Of a stretch of 64,000 nucleotides of DNA, positions 1 to 12,750 are shown piece by piece (the stretch's first letter is position 1; each line of letters opens with the position of its first letter). A program made the position numbers and the translations under genes. The stretch comes from Chrysomallon squamiferum (taxonomy: Eukaryota; Animalia; Mollusca): positions 16,120,001-16,184,000 of the forward strand of contig CM022672.1 in NCBI GenBank assembly GCA_012295275.1, read 5' to 3'. The notes below the pieces were generated by a model. It searched no databases. It worked only from the letters and a program-made list of their open reading frames with translations, and was not told the DNA's origin.

Positions 1-728
1 AGCAGATTTCAGCAAATGCCTTTAAGTTGACTCAGCAGGATTTCAAAACTGCTGCTCTATTTCGCAAGACATCTCTAAAACCTCTGATGTATTCAGCAAT
101 AATTTAGAAATACTTGTCCTGTGTATTTAGTTAGTTAGATTTCAGAAATGTCTATGCCATTTATATTCAGCAACATTATTTTAATAATTACCTATTCTTT
201 GTATTTTGCAAACTTTTATTATTGCCTTTATAATTATGTAGTTGGCAGTATTTAGAACTGCCTACCAGTGTTTCTATTAATATATATTTAGAAGATTTTC
301 AAAACTGCCTTTGTTAATTAAAAAGATTTTTGTACTTCCCTATCACTGTATTCAACAAGTCTGATCAATATTTACATAATCATTTACTTGGACAGAGTAG
401 TGACAGTGTATTGATTAACAGCAATGTTATTACACTGATTTAGGAACAGTGCTTTTGTACATTCAGTGAAAACACCAGCAATACAACGTTTTTTTTATTA
501 CATCTGCATGACAGCCAGTCAACCATGGGCAATACTGCTACAGAAGATATTATTCCTCATCTAAAGTAGCAGTATTCATAATTGTTGGAGCAGTAGCTGT
601 AGTAGCAGTAGTAGTGGTTGTAGTAGTAGTAGTATTTTGTCTTTATCTCATCTTATAATTTGCTTCATTTACTTCTTTTTTGTTCTTTTTAAAAAATCTT
701 TATTTTCTGAATTTGTTTTCTCTCTTTT

Positions 729-761
729 ACACACACATACATACATACAGACAGACAGACA

Positions 762-800
<39 letters not shown>

Positions 801-805
801 TCACA
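729..805. repeat. Compound (CA)/(CATA)/(CAGA) microsatellite
   Basis: Direct inspection. Confidence 0.95.
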
Positions 806-1263
806 AACATGAACACACACAACAACCATACATCCACATAATACATATATACATTTTCAATTTTTCACTTTCATTTTTAAAAAATTCCAGCATCATGAAT
901 ATAGATATAAAATAAACAGAAACTTCTTTCTTTATCATCCATGCAAAAAAAAAAAAAATAATAATAATAATAAAAAAAAAATAAGGAAATGTAAATGTTA
1001 TCTTAAGTGTTGAAAAATGTCTTATTTTTAATGTAAAACTGGCAATTATTCAAAACATTTACGACTAAGTTCCTAGTTGACAAAGGTGCCACTGTCGAGC
1101 AACTACAAGTTTATGTTTAAATGTGAAAAGATGACTTGTCCTGACAGCTGCATTAATCACCCCCATCATCAGCAGCATTACATGATTATTATTTATGTAC
1201 ATATCTAGAAGGCAAAAAATTATTCTTCTTTTAATTTGGTCTTTCTCAACTTTAACGTATGTC

Positions 1264-1311
<48 letters not shown>

Positions 1312-4079
1312 TAAAATATACACACAACACAAACACACAGATACCTACATTTCATTTTCTACTTTTAAACCTTATTAGGTTTTATTTTTAAATAACTCAT
1401 TTGAAAATATAATATGTCAAGATCTGAAATATTACTCAAATATATCCTGCCATTGCATAAGAACAACTTCTGTAAGGCCAATGCCACCTGTATTCAGATC
1501 ACTTCACAATAGAATGAGTGCTTATTATAACTGGCAACATAATCTGCAATCAGAATGAACAGAGCGGAGATTGTTTACACAGTAAATGACCGGTGTAGAT
1601 AGCCAGATAGGGCACCCTCTTATCTGACCACAGTTCACTACTTATGTTATCAAAAGGCCAAACGGTCAGAGTGTGCCTGGCATTCTCAGAAAACCTGCAA
1701 TCACGGAATTCAATTTGAACTGCTGGAATTCAATCTTCAACAGGTTCTTAGTGTTTATTTTTATCACAGCACTGCTTGACCCCGCTTCTTTCCAGGTGTA
1801 CAGTACTTGTGTAATAATTACACCTTACTTCATCCACTAACCAAGTATCTCTTTGAAATGTTTGCATGGGTAATTAATTTTTTTTTACAAGAATTGTTTA
1901 GCATCTGTTTAAGTGTCATTTGCAAATAAAGAGTATATTATTTTCAATCAATTTAAATTTTATTTTGATCATTTGTAGAAGACAGTGTTTTTTTAATTTA
2001 ATTGAATTTCATTTCTTTTCTTTATTTCATTCATCTCTTCATCTCTTGTTATTTATATTACTGTATTGTTGTTGTTGATAATATTATTATTATTTATTAT
2101 ATTGTCATTGTTATTATTATTATTACACAATCCATAACCTGAATATATGTTAAATATAATATTCTGCTCCACTAACTAAACCACTCAGCACAACATAAAC
2201 AAGTTATTAATAAACTTAAAAAGATACACTAGTGTTCAATGACCTTAACATTACAGGTAGGTGACCTTACAGGTAGACACTTATCAGGTAAATGTCCGTG
2301 TATCTTGTCAACCAGTAACAGAGGTAGGTGAATAAATTGAGTTAACCTGTCATTAGACACTTTAACATTGTTTAGTGTCTGTGATTAGTGTCTGTATGGA
2401 TCCTCCTGAACACAAAACCTCTAACAAGTATGAGGCATACAGTTTATGTGTAGCCTGTATTTTAAATCATCCCAGAATTAAAGTATCTACGTGTATGTGT
2501 GTGTGTGTGTGTGAAGGGAATGTGGGTGTACATGTTTCTGCGTATTCATGGTTACCAAGACTAAACTCAGCTAGGACAGAACCAAACTATTCAACTTGGA
2601 AAAAAACTCACTTCATTAACAAAACAAATTAACAAAAAAGAAATAAAAATATTAAATTTTTTTAAAAATTAGGTTTCTTCTTTTTATTCCTAACACAAAC
2701 AAATACTAGGAGACAGATATAAGAAGACATAATAATAACAGTATAATCATCAAATGTACAATATTTTTCTGGAGATTTAAACTATCTTCTGAAAGCAGCT
2801 TTCAAAAGATCCCTTGCTCCTAACTGATAAAAATAGCCCAAAGCACAGTGACAACAATTTTCCTCTCATTTATCATCATTACAAAAAGTCTGTAGATAAA
2901 AGATATCTTGCTCCACAGTAAAAAGAGGACTGTATTGAAATCCAAACATGTTAACACCTATCAGACATTCACAGAAAGAAGTGTTCAGATACTAGCAATT
3001 TATTTCTGTACCTAACATACCTGACTACTGCTTTCTCTATCTGTAACTTTCTTCACAGAAATGTAAATGACATTAGATCATTCTGCAATTAGTTTACCTG
3101 TAAACACTAAAAGAAAAACGCAGCCACGTGATAGTGGCATGCTAATAAGGTTTACAGTTACCCAATAACTAACTCACCTGTGATGATAACAACATGTAAA
3201 TGACATGTAAATTAAATTCACATCTACAGCTTGATGAATGATTTGGAATAATGTTTTGTTATTATTTCATCCACCTTCTGTGCATATGAAGTATACCTAG
3301 TGTACAGCCCTTTGAAACAGTTAATATAATTTTAACAATTTTTAATATTTTTTAAACTATTCTGAAAGGATTCGAATGTAATTGTAACAACTTAAGATTT
3401 TAGATATGCCAAAATTCTATTTTGTGTATTTATAAATATTGCCATGTTCTTGAAAATGGCATGCATTTTACACACATACACACATGTACATACATATACA
3501 CACAGAAACACACACATACACACATATATACCTACATACAGATGAATGTATGTCAAATTTTTTTAATTCTTTTATTTATTTATTTCTAATCTTGTTCAAG
3601 ACTAAAAGCTCAAGGTATAAAAACTGCAGTGTTTATGCACATACTGAACTTACTGTACACATGAAGGTGAGAGATAATTTAGACATCTGTCTGTTCATGA
3701 CCTGGCTGGTTTTGGGTTAACCAGTTAAATGAAGTGTAAATCAATGAGCAAATCAATGTTTACAACTTCCCAGGTTATTTTGGAACTTTAGCCCATTATA
3801 AGAATTGATCCCACTGCCTGACAGTCTGAAGAAGTCGTGAAAGGTAAAACTCCAAAAACCAAAGAAAATAGTGGAACTGCAGTTGTAAAAATTAAAAAAA
3901 ATTAAAAACCAGTAACAAATAATTAGAAATGATTGTAAAATCCATTGCTAAGAATTGATCCCAGAGCCAGTGAGTCTGCTGTTGTGATTAGTAAGGCACC
4001 ATTAAGGCCAGGAAGACAGATGTTAAAACCGAAGAAAATTTAGAAAGTGAAATTTCAGATTTTAAAAGTAAAAAAACCA

Positions 4080-4110
<31 letters not shown>

Positions 4111-4530
4111 AAACTGGTTTAAAAAATCCAGTCAAGAAACATTCACTCTCTCTATATAATTTTTTTTATATACCTCACTTGTTTTGTTATACATTTTCCA
4201 CAAACATCATCTTAATCTCTCTCACTCTCTTTCTCTCTCTCTCTTTCCCTCTCTCTCTCTTACCCCTCTCTATCTCTCACTCTCTTTCTCTCTCTCTCTC
4301 TCACCTACACTAACATACACAGAGTTTTAATTCTATCACCACATCCATCTTTCAGCTTTCAATTTATTTTTGTTTTTTCTGACACTGACAACTGACAAAA
4401 GATGGCATCTGACACAAGAAATATATAACTGTTTTTTATAAGAGTTTAAATTTCAGCTAAAAAAAAATTCTAAATTTAAAAAATTAAGAAAAACAATTAT
4501 CATATCATCTAGCATGACATACAAATATAT

Positions 4531-4850
4531 ATAACATCATCTAGTGAAACATCTGACTATATGATTTCATCAAGTGAAACATCTGACTATATAATTTCAT
4601 CTAGTGAAACATCTGACTATATAATTTCATCTAGTGAAACATCTGACTATATAATTTCATCTAGTGAAACATCTGACTGTATAATTTCATCTAGTGAAAC
4701 CACTGACAACATAACTTCATCTAGTGAAACCACTGACAACATAACTTCATCTAGTGAAACCACTGACAACATAACTTCATCTAGTGAAACCACTGACAAC
4801 ATAACTTCATCTAGTGAAACCACTGACAACATAACTTCATCTAGTGAAAC
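4531..4850. repeat. 30-bp minisatellite, about 11 units (ATAAYTTCATCTAGTGAAAC + ATCTGACTAT or CACTGACAAC)
   Basis: Exact 30-bp periodicity; accounts for ORFs 4561..4893(+) and 4647..4856(-). Confidence 0.95.
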
Positions 4851-5299
4851 ATTCAACTTGATTATCTATGAACATGTCTTGTGTTGTTACTAATAATTAT
4901 TTTTGTTGAACTGCATAAAGAAAATGTTCTGTGTGTATGTGTGTGTGTGTGTGTGTCATTTATCTTCAGTTTTGATTATTATTAGAACTTCTGCAAAATG
5001 GGAACCACAAATTTGTTTGCTATGAAAGAACTGAAAAACACTGTTACAGACTGCAAGCATTTTAAGCAATTGCAGGAATGGGAAATCCTGTATTGTGATT
5101 CTTATGAACTACTATATTTTGGGATATAAGGAATGCTGTATGAACATAAAACAGGACTATGGCCTAAGAATAATGGATTATGGGGAACTGTCAAAAATGG
5201 GAAAACATGACACAATAAACCCAGTGTAACTATTTCAGGATTATTCTTACTGTCAAACATGATATACTCTATCACCAGCTTCTCACACACTGGAGGAAC

Positions 5300-5525
5300 A
5301 GGTTAGAACTGGAAATAGCCAAACAGGATTACTGGACGAGGAGCTAATCCTGTAACATACAGAACAGTTTAGATCAGGAAACAGCCCAACAGGATTACTG
5401 CACAATGAGCTAATCCTTTGAAACAGAAGCTGGTTAGAAAGGGAAAGAGCCCAACTGCACAATGGGCTGATCATATGTTATAGAAAAAGTTAGAATTGGA
5501 AATAGCCCAACAGGATTACTGGATT
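5300..5525. repeat. Degenerate tandem repeat of roughly 60 bp, about 4 units
   Basis: Recurrent TTAGA...GGAAA(T/C)AGCC(C/A)AACAGGATTACTG and GAGCTAATCCT. Confidence 0.75.
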
Positions 5526-5748
5526 ACTATGACTGTCAGTTTTGAAATGTAAAAATAGAAAAAAGAAGCCAGCCACTCCTGAGCAAGATGAACCCAAACA
5601 CCTCAGCCAGGTACACACAGTACTCACAGCCAGCACCAAACAACCCAGACTGAACAATCCAGTACTTTTCAGCATCTTCTTACAACACTTGGGACCAACA
5701 GTCACTTTTTTTTTTTTCTCATTCTCCCTCCCTGCCTTCATCTTTTAC

Positions 5749-5856
5749 CTGCCATTTCCAGAAACTGGGAGCCATTCAAAAGCCAGCCTGTTTCCAGAGA
5801 GAAGAGTTGGCCAGAAAGAAGTGGTTCTGTTATATTTAGTACTTTCATAAACTTCA
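5749..5856 (-). CDS. Candidate 108-nt phase 1-1 exon or alternative first coding exon, (V)KFMKVLNITEPLLSGQLFSLETGWLLNGSQFLEMA
   Basis: AG-free T-rich run ending in ctgtgctgcag acceptor, 35 uninterrupted codons, and a weaker CAG|gtaaaa donor. Frame-compatible with the 12248 and 46155 donors; locally GC-richer. Confidence 0.3.
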
Positions 5857-5937
5857 CTGCAGCACAGTTGGAACACACAAAAAAAGATTACGAATAGGAG
5901 ATCCCATAATCTGATTCACAGCTGTTTTTTTTCTTAA

Positions 5938-5977
<40 letters not shown>

Positions 5978-6460
5978 CCATGGAACATCTTCTGCAGAAA
6001 CAGAGTGATTTATGTATCTGAAGTGAAGAAAACACATTTTCAACATATCTCATTTATTACTATTACGTGATTGCGAAAATGTATTTTCCTCAGGGTTCAC
6101 AAAAGTACATGAACATGCTGGTGCATAAGTAACAACAAACATATGCAGAAATATGTATTTACTTATACAGATAGGAGTGTTTACAACAAATAAACAAGAT
6201 TTACTAATAATATATATTATATATGTCACTGTGTTACACAACAAATACATACTGTACATAGCTACTATCTGCTTACCTACATACATGCATATGTACATAA
6301 ACACATATGTAAATACACACATACATAAATAGATATATCTGTGTAATTGTGTGTATGTGTATATGCATGTGTCTGTGTCATTGTGTTAGTCCAGTAAGAA
6401 ATCTAATACATGTTTGCTTATAGAGAACTGTTATCATAGCACATAGAAAGTTTATTTTAT

Positions 6461-6735
6461 TAATGCAATTTTTTATGTTGTTTCTTTTAATCTCTTTTTT
6501 AACTTATTAATATTTTATTAATGTTCTTTATAATTCTATATTTTTTTAATTATTGTTGTTGGTGATAATAATAAAGATAATAGATGTTAATAATAATAAT
6601 AATGCAATTTTTTTATATTGATTCTTTTAATCTATTTTATATTTTTTTAATATTTTAATATATATATTTAAAATTATTGTGGTTTAGTTATAATAATAAA
6701 GATAATAGATGTTAATAATAATAATATCAACAATA
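6461..6735. repeat. AT-rich tandem duplication of roughly 135 bp
   Basis: AATGCAATTTTTT...TTCTTTTAATCT and ATAATAATAAAGATAATAGATGTTAATAATAATAAT each occur twice. Confidence 0.75.
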
Positions 6736-7002
6736 ACAATAATAATATTAATAATAACAGTCTGACATGAAGATGAAAGGAATCAATAACTGTAATTATT
6801 GCCATTTAACAACAGAGAAAAATAAAATTATGGTCTTCATTAACACACTGACTTGTGCTTTCATCTTTGTTGTTATTATTCTGTTGTTAAATGTTGATCT
6901 TATCAAAACATTTACTTAGTAACATCTGTGGAACTGTTTAACTGCTAAATGAGCCAATAATTGCTCTTTTTTTTAGTTTTATGTAAGATATTTTAATATT
7001 AA

Positions 7003-7033
<31 letters not shown>

Positions 7034-7376
7034 GTAATAGTAATAATAATAATAATAACAATAATAAATATTACAATAATAATAATAATAATAATAAATA
7101 TAATAATAATAATTCATCTGATAAAGACAAGCTAAAAAAAAACGACATGTGCATATATACAGTTACATCTGCACACTGCACATACAAAGAACAAAAATGC
7201 TAAATGATATATAAATGCATACATGAAACCTACTTACCTGTACTTACTAGAAAACTTTAGTAACAAAATTCATAACTGTGTTGCCAAACTTTCTGAAACA
7301 TCTTTTTGTATCTGAGGCTACATGTGCTAAGCACAGGTTTTTGGGATTAAATTAACACATTCTTGAACACATGCAC

Positions 7377-7768
7377 ACTCAAAAACATACACAGCTACAC
7401 ACACTCAGAAACATACACAGCTACACACACACAGAAACATACACAGCTACACACACTCAGAAACATACACATCTACACACACACAGAAACATACACAGCT
7501 ACACACACTCAAAAACATACACTTCTACACACACTCAGAAACATACACAGCTACACACTCAAAAACATACAGAGCTACACACACTCAAAAACATACACAG
7601 CTACACACACTCAGAAACATACACAGCTACACACACTCAGAAACATACACAGCTACATACTCAGAAACATACACATCTACACACACACAGAAACATACAC
7701 AGCTACACACACTCAGAAACATACACAGCTACACACACTCAAAAACATACACAGCTACACACACACTC
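7377..7768. repeat. 26-bp CA-derived minisatellite (AAACATACACAGCTACACACACTCAG), about 15 units
   Basis: Direct tandem units with occasional 24-bp variants; accounts for ORFs 7363..7791 and 7371..7787. Confidence 0.95.
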
Positions 7769-7823
7769 ACTCAAGTCACTTTCTTAAATAATGTCAGAAA
7801 CAAACAGCAGAGACTTTTCTCTT

Positions 7824-7867
<44 letters not shown>

Positions 7868-7989
7868 ACACACATAAGCAAATGCTCTAACATATCAATA
7901 CCCACTCGAACACATACGCTCAAAAAGACTCACACACAGACATAAATCATCATTCTGTACCAATAGCAAGAAATTTCAAAATGAAAAAT

Positions 7990-8024
<35 letters not shown>

Positions 8025-8227
8025 CAAATAGATTCAGTTTAATCTATAGGCCTACATAAGATAAAACAAAAATATATATCAATAATGAAAAATGTACCTT
8101 GTTAATACAAACAGAAACACACAGATATACAGTTTAGATCAATCAAAAAAATGAAGCTTGTAAATACATACACAAACATAATTCAAAAGCCAACAAATAC
8201 AAACACGGAGACAAAAACTGACACAAA

Positions 8228-8266
<39 letters not shown>

Positions 8267-8881
8267 ACAAACATATTTGAGAAAGTAACTAACAAAAATC
8301 ATTACTGTTTTGATTGTTCTATTTATAAGATAATTAAAGTGAAAACTGAAATAACTTTATTAACATCTGTTCTTGGCTGTATTGATCATTGTGACAAGGC
8401 CTCTAAATTGCTTTTCTCACTAAAACACCTGACACGGTTTTTGCATAGATACAACATTTATATTCAACAGTAGATTTGTTTCTATTAAAGTGGAGAAAGG
8501 GCAATAAATAATGGAATAAATTCATCTCTTTACATTTTATCCGGTAATTTATTTTTATTTACTAGTTTAAATTGTGGATATATATTTGTTCTTATTTTAA
8601 TTACTATGTTGTTATTAGTGGTAATGTTTTGTAGTAATGTTTATTGATTTCTTGTTTTTCTAATATTATGTTACGTTTTCAATTAAAATTTCATTACCAG
8701 TTTTTAAGTTGATCTGCTTTCTATAAGGATACTGTAATTGTAAACAACACGTTTTTTGTTTTGTTGTTGTAGCTGTTATTTTTATGGCTTAACAAGCCTG
8801 TGCCTGTAATCAGAAACCATTAGAACAAATAAATAAGGAAATGGCTTTATGGGCTGCTTTTCAACTTTACTTTATTACAAA

Positions 8882-9064
<183 letters not shown>

Positions 9065-10188
9065 TAACAACAACAAGTTTTTAGAATAACCTATGTTTTC
9101 CAAGAGTAATTGTTTTTGCGAACATACTGACATAAGCTCTATATTTTTCACCAGTTACTGTTACTGCAAATAGATAGGAAAATAGCCAAAACCATATCTT
9201 TAAAAAAATAATTTAAAAATAACTGTCTAGTTTGCAATATATCTTTTCTTGAAAATCTGTTTCTGTAAAAATAGGGAAATAGAAAAAACAAAACAAAAAA
9301 TACAAACCAAAAAAACCCACCACATATATAAAATACATAACTCGCAACAATACAATTATGTGCTTGAAATAGGCTTATGTGTTTCCTAACAACTATTTCA
9401 ACAGACAGACAGACAAATAGGGAAACAGGAAAGCCATGCATAACTTTAGTAAAGTATTTCAAAATAGGCTGACATAATAAACAAATTCTTGCAGTGCTTG
9501 TTTTTGTGCAGCAGATAAAGGAATGATCAAATCTGTAACTTTACAAAATTATTTTTAAAAATAACTGTGTGATTTAGCACAGGCACATATTACAACCAAC
9601 ATTTTCAACCAAAACCTTTGTCTTAGCACACAGCATCATATCACATTTATCTTTTTACATGAAGACATATAAATGCTAATAATGAATCACTGACAGTCAG
9701 GGGCGAGCCCAAGTGTTCAGAAATGGGAGGGTGAGACCACAATATCCTTTATGTGTGTTACAAGTGTAGGTTAGAATTAACAAGAAATAAAAAGAGCAAA
9801 AGAGGGTTAGGATGTACAATTACTCCTGTAATTAAATATTATATTTTATAAAAAAAAATTTTTTTTTTTTTTTTTTTTAAATACCAGTGGCAGATCCAAA
9901 ACTTCAAAACCAGGTGTACACAATTACTGAAGTGGGATATAACTTTTAAAATACATTTAATTATAAAGAAGAGAAAAACCATAGTAAACCCACCCCTCTG
10001 AACAAACAACAACTAAAAAATGAAACTGTCATGTGGCACAGAATGTTATATATAAAAAAACACCCAATAACTACTGGGTATACCTTACAAGCACATCCCT
10101 GTTAAGTAGTATATAGATGTTACATGAATACTTGTAAATGTCAATAATAAATCATTAGCAGTCAGATCACCTCAACAAGTTAATCTCT

Positions 10189-10220
<32 letters not shown>

Positions 10221-12000
10221 CTGCAGAGACTGAGGGGAATAACTTGCCCATAAAACCATTATAAATTAAGTGTTGACACAAGTTAATAATCTCCACATTA
10301 TTACTGCTGTCGCATATTTAACTCACATTAAGTGTCATGGTTGCCATCATTGAGGTTTTTTTTTTTTCCAAATTCTTATTCCTGTAGCAATAAATGTTTA
10401 TAGATTAATCCACTAATGCAGGCTATCTGCTTAGTTACAGATGTAACCTGAGTGAAACTGTATGTTTACTGCTTTTATTACTAACAGTTTTATTGTTTGA
10501 TTTATTTATCTATTTTATGTTATTTTATTTTATTTCATTTTATATATTTATTTATTTATTTATTTATACTTTTATTACTAACTTAGGTTTATTTATTGTT
10601 TTTATTTTACTTTATTTACCTTTATTTTGTTATTTATTTATTTAATTTAATTTTATTTTTTATTTATTTATTTTTTTTTCTCTTTTTATTACTAAGGTTT
10701 CTTTATATATTTTATTTATTTATTATTTCATATTATTTTATTTTATTTTATTTATTTATGTTTACTCTTTTTATTACTAACTCAGGTTTATTTATTTATT
10801 GATGGGTTGTTGTTTTTTCAGGGGTTTTTGTTTTTGTTTCTTTGATTTTTTTTTTTTTTTTTTTTTTTTTACATTTTGAGCCACTGGACATCTATTAATA
10901 ATAATAATTATAATAATATATAAACACACACACATTTAAAAAGTGAGATTTTGTTAAATATATATTAATTATTTATATTTTTAAACATAAACAATGTGAA
11001 CGCTAAGATGATTTCTTGAATCTGGATCTGGCTGTGATATATAAAATAAGAAAATGGTACAAGTCTGCCTGACGTGGACACAATCCCTTACAACATCTGC
11101 TGACTAATCAGACTGTATGGAGGTAAGCAAATTATGACTTCTGAGAATTACTGAATATTTTGTCATAACTTATTATTGTGCTTAAGATCATGTTTATAAT
11201 GATGATAAAAAATTATTATTATTTTTATTATTATTAATACTACTACTACCAATACAACAATACTACCTCTACTTTTAATGAGGTTTCATTTTTTTTAATT
11301 CATTTTTATTGTTTTTATTTTACTCCATTTTCCAAAAAGGAGTATGTTAAGATAAAAATTAATGGAAAACAGCATGATCTGTAATAACAATTTACAAATT
11401 ACGTTTTTTTTTTACATATTTATATATGTTCAGTTTTTATTAATACTCTTTATTAGTTAATCTGTTTTTCAAATTTATTCATTTATTTATTATCTTCATT
11501 TTTCATTTTTTTTTTCTTTTTTTTTTCTTTTTTGGAGTTTAACAGACAAGCAGTTTGCACCAATCACAGCCATCCAGACAGTGCAGTGATTTGCACCACC
11601 AATCAGAATGCACTTACAAAAGTACTCTTCAAGATGGAGGTAACTGATTTATATTTGCATTATAATGAAATAAAAACAAAATTAAACATACCTAGTAACT
11701 GATCTTAACTGATATTGTTTAAGATTTGAAATTTTATATTTTATTTAGATTTGTTCATTGTAACAAAATATAAAGATTTTTTTTATTAATATAATTTAGA
11801 TTGATTTAAAGCAGTTTTAACTGAGATGTATTTCTCTGAGTATAGCATTATAAAACATTTATAAAAACTATTATTAAAATTAATTATACTCAAAATCTAA
11901 TAATATTACATATGATTCAGTACTACTTCAACAATCAATCACATAAAACATACATGTAAATTATTATTAAAATTAATTTCTAATAAAAAAAATATATATA

Positions 12001-12093
12001 TACACACACATACATACATACATACATACATACATACATACATACATACTTACATACATACATACACACACACAAACACATACATACACACAC
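12001..12093. repeat. (CATA)n/(CA)n microsatellite
   Basis: Direct inspection. Confidence 0.95.
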
Positions 12094-12247
12094 AAAACTA
12101 GATACTATATTATTTTATTTTTTTCTAAATCAGGTTTTTTTCTTTTTCTAATTTTTAAAATCAAAGTTAGTGACATTGCTGAGTTGGTGTAAGCTGTGAA
12201 GTCTGCACATTGCCAGACACAAAACTAGTAAAAGAAGTAACACTTAC

Positions 12248-12307
12248 CCCTCGAGTTTCGACTCATGATGTCTACTGATGTAATGTATTATCAAAAAAAA
12301 CGTTAAT
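12248..12307 (-). CDS. Candidate 60-nt exon: 5'UTR plus start codon (ATG at 12266) encoding MSRNSR with a phase-1 donor
   Basis: Minus strand reads gtattgtgtttttttcag|ATTAACG...GACATCATGAGTCGAAACTCGAGGG|gtaagtg. Near-consensus acceptor and donor, A at -3 of the ATG, in-frame stops upstream of the ATG, three CpGs retained. An alternative reading is a phase 2-2 frame LTFFLIIHYISRHHESKLE. Confidence 0.5.
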
Positions 12308-12394
12308 CTGAAAAAACACAATACAAATACATTGAGCATACTGTATAATCAAAATAAAGTGTTAAACTGGAAAGCCAAAAACATTATTACATAA

Positions 12395-12750
12395 ACATTA
12401 AGTCTAAATTACAGTGAGTAAATTGCATAAAGATAATCACTTAATTTGTAATGCATACACTACAGTGAGGAAACTGTATAATAATAATAATTTAAAAACA
12501 GTGTTAAATTGTTGTCTAAACTAAAGTGAGTAAGCTGCATAATATTAATAATAATAATAATAAAATAATAATAATAATAATAATAATAGTAGTAGTAGTA
12601 GTCTAAACTACAGTGATTAAATTGTATTAAAAAAAACCCCCAAAAACAATGTTAATTTGTAATATATAAACTACAGTGAGTAAATTGTATAATAATAATA
12701 ATAATAATATAAAACAATTTTAATTTGTAAAGGAGAGAGTAAACTGCAAT
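12395..12750. repeat. Degenerate tandem repeat of roughly 60 bp with embedded (AAT)n
   Basis: CTACAGTGAGTAAATTGTATAAT-like core seen 5-6 times. Confidence 0.75.

Noticed and set aside
9695-10000. MITE with CAG(G/T)GGC.GATC-type termini
   Set aside because: Only isolated terminus-like words (also at about 17472 and 62875); no matching inverted pair with a target-site duplication could be established.
11028-11039. miR-2-like sequence (TATCACAGCCAG on the minus strand)
   Set aside because: 12-nt match only; the rest diverges and there is no hairpin.
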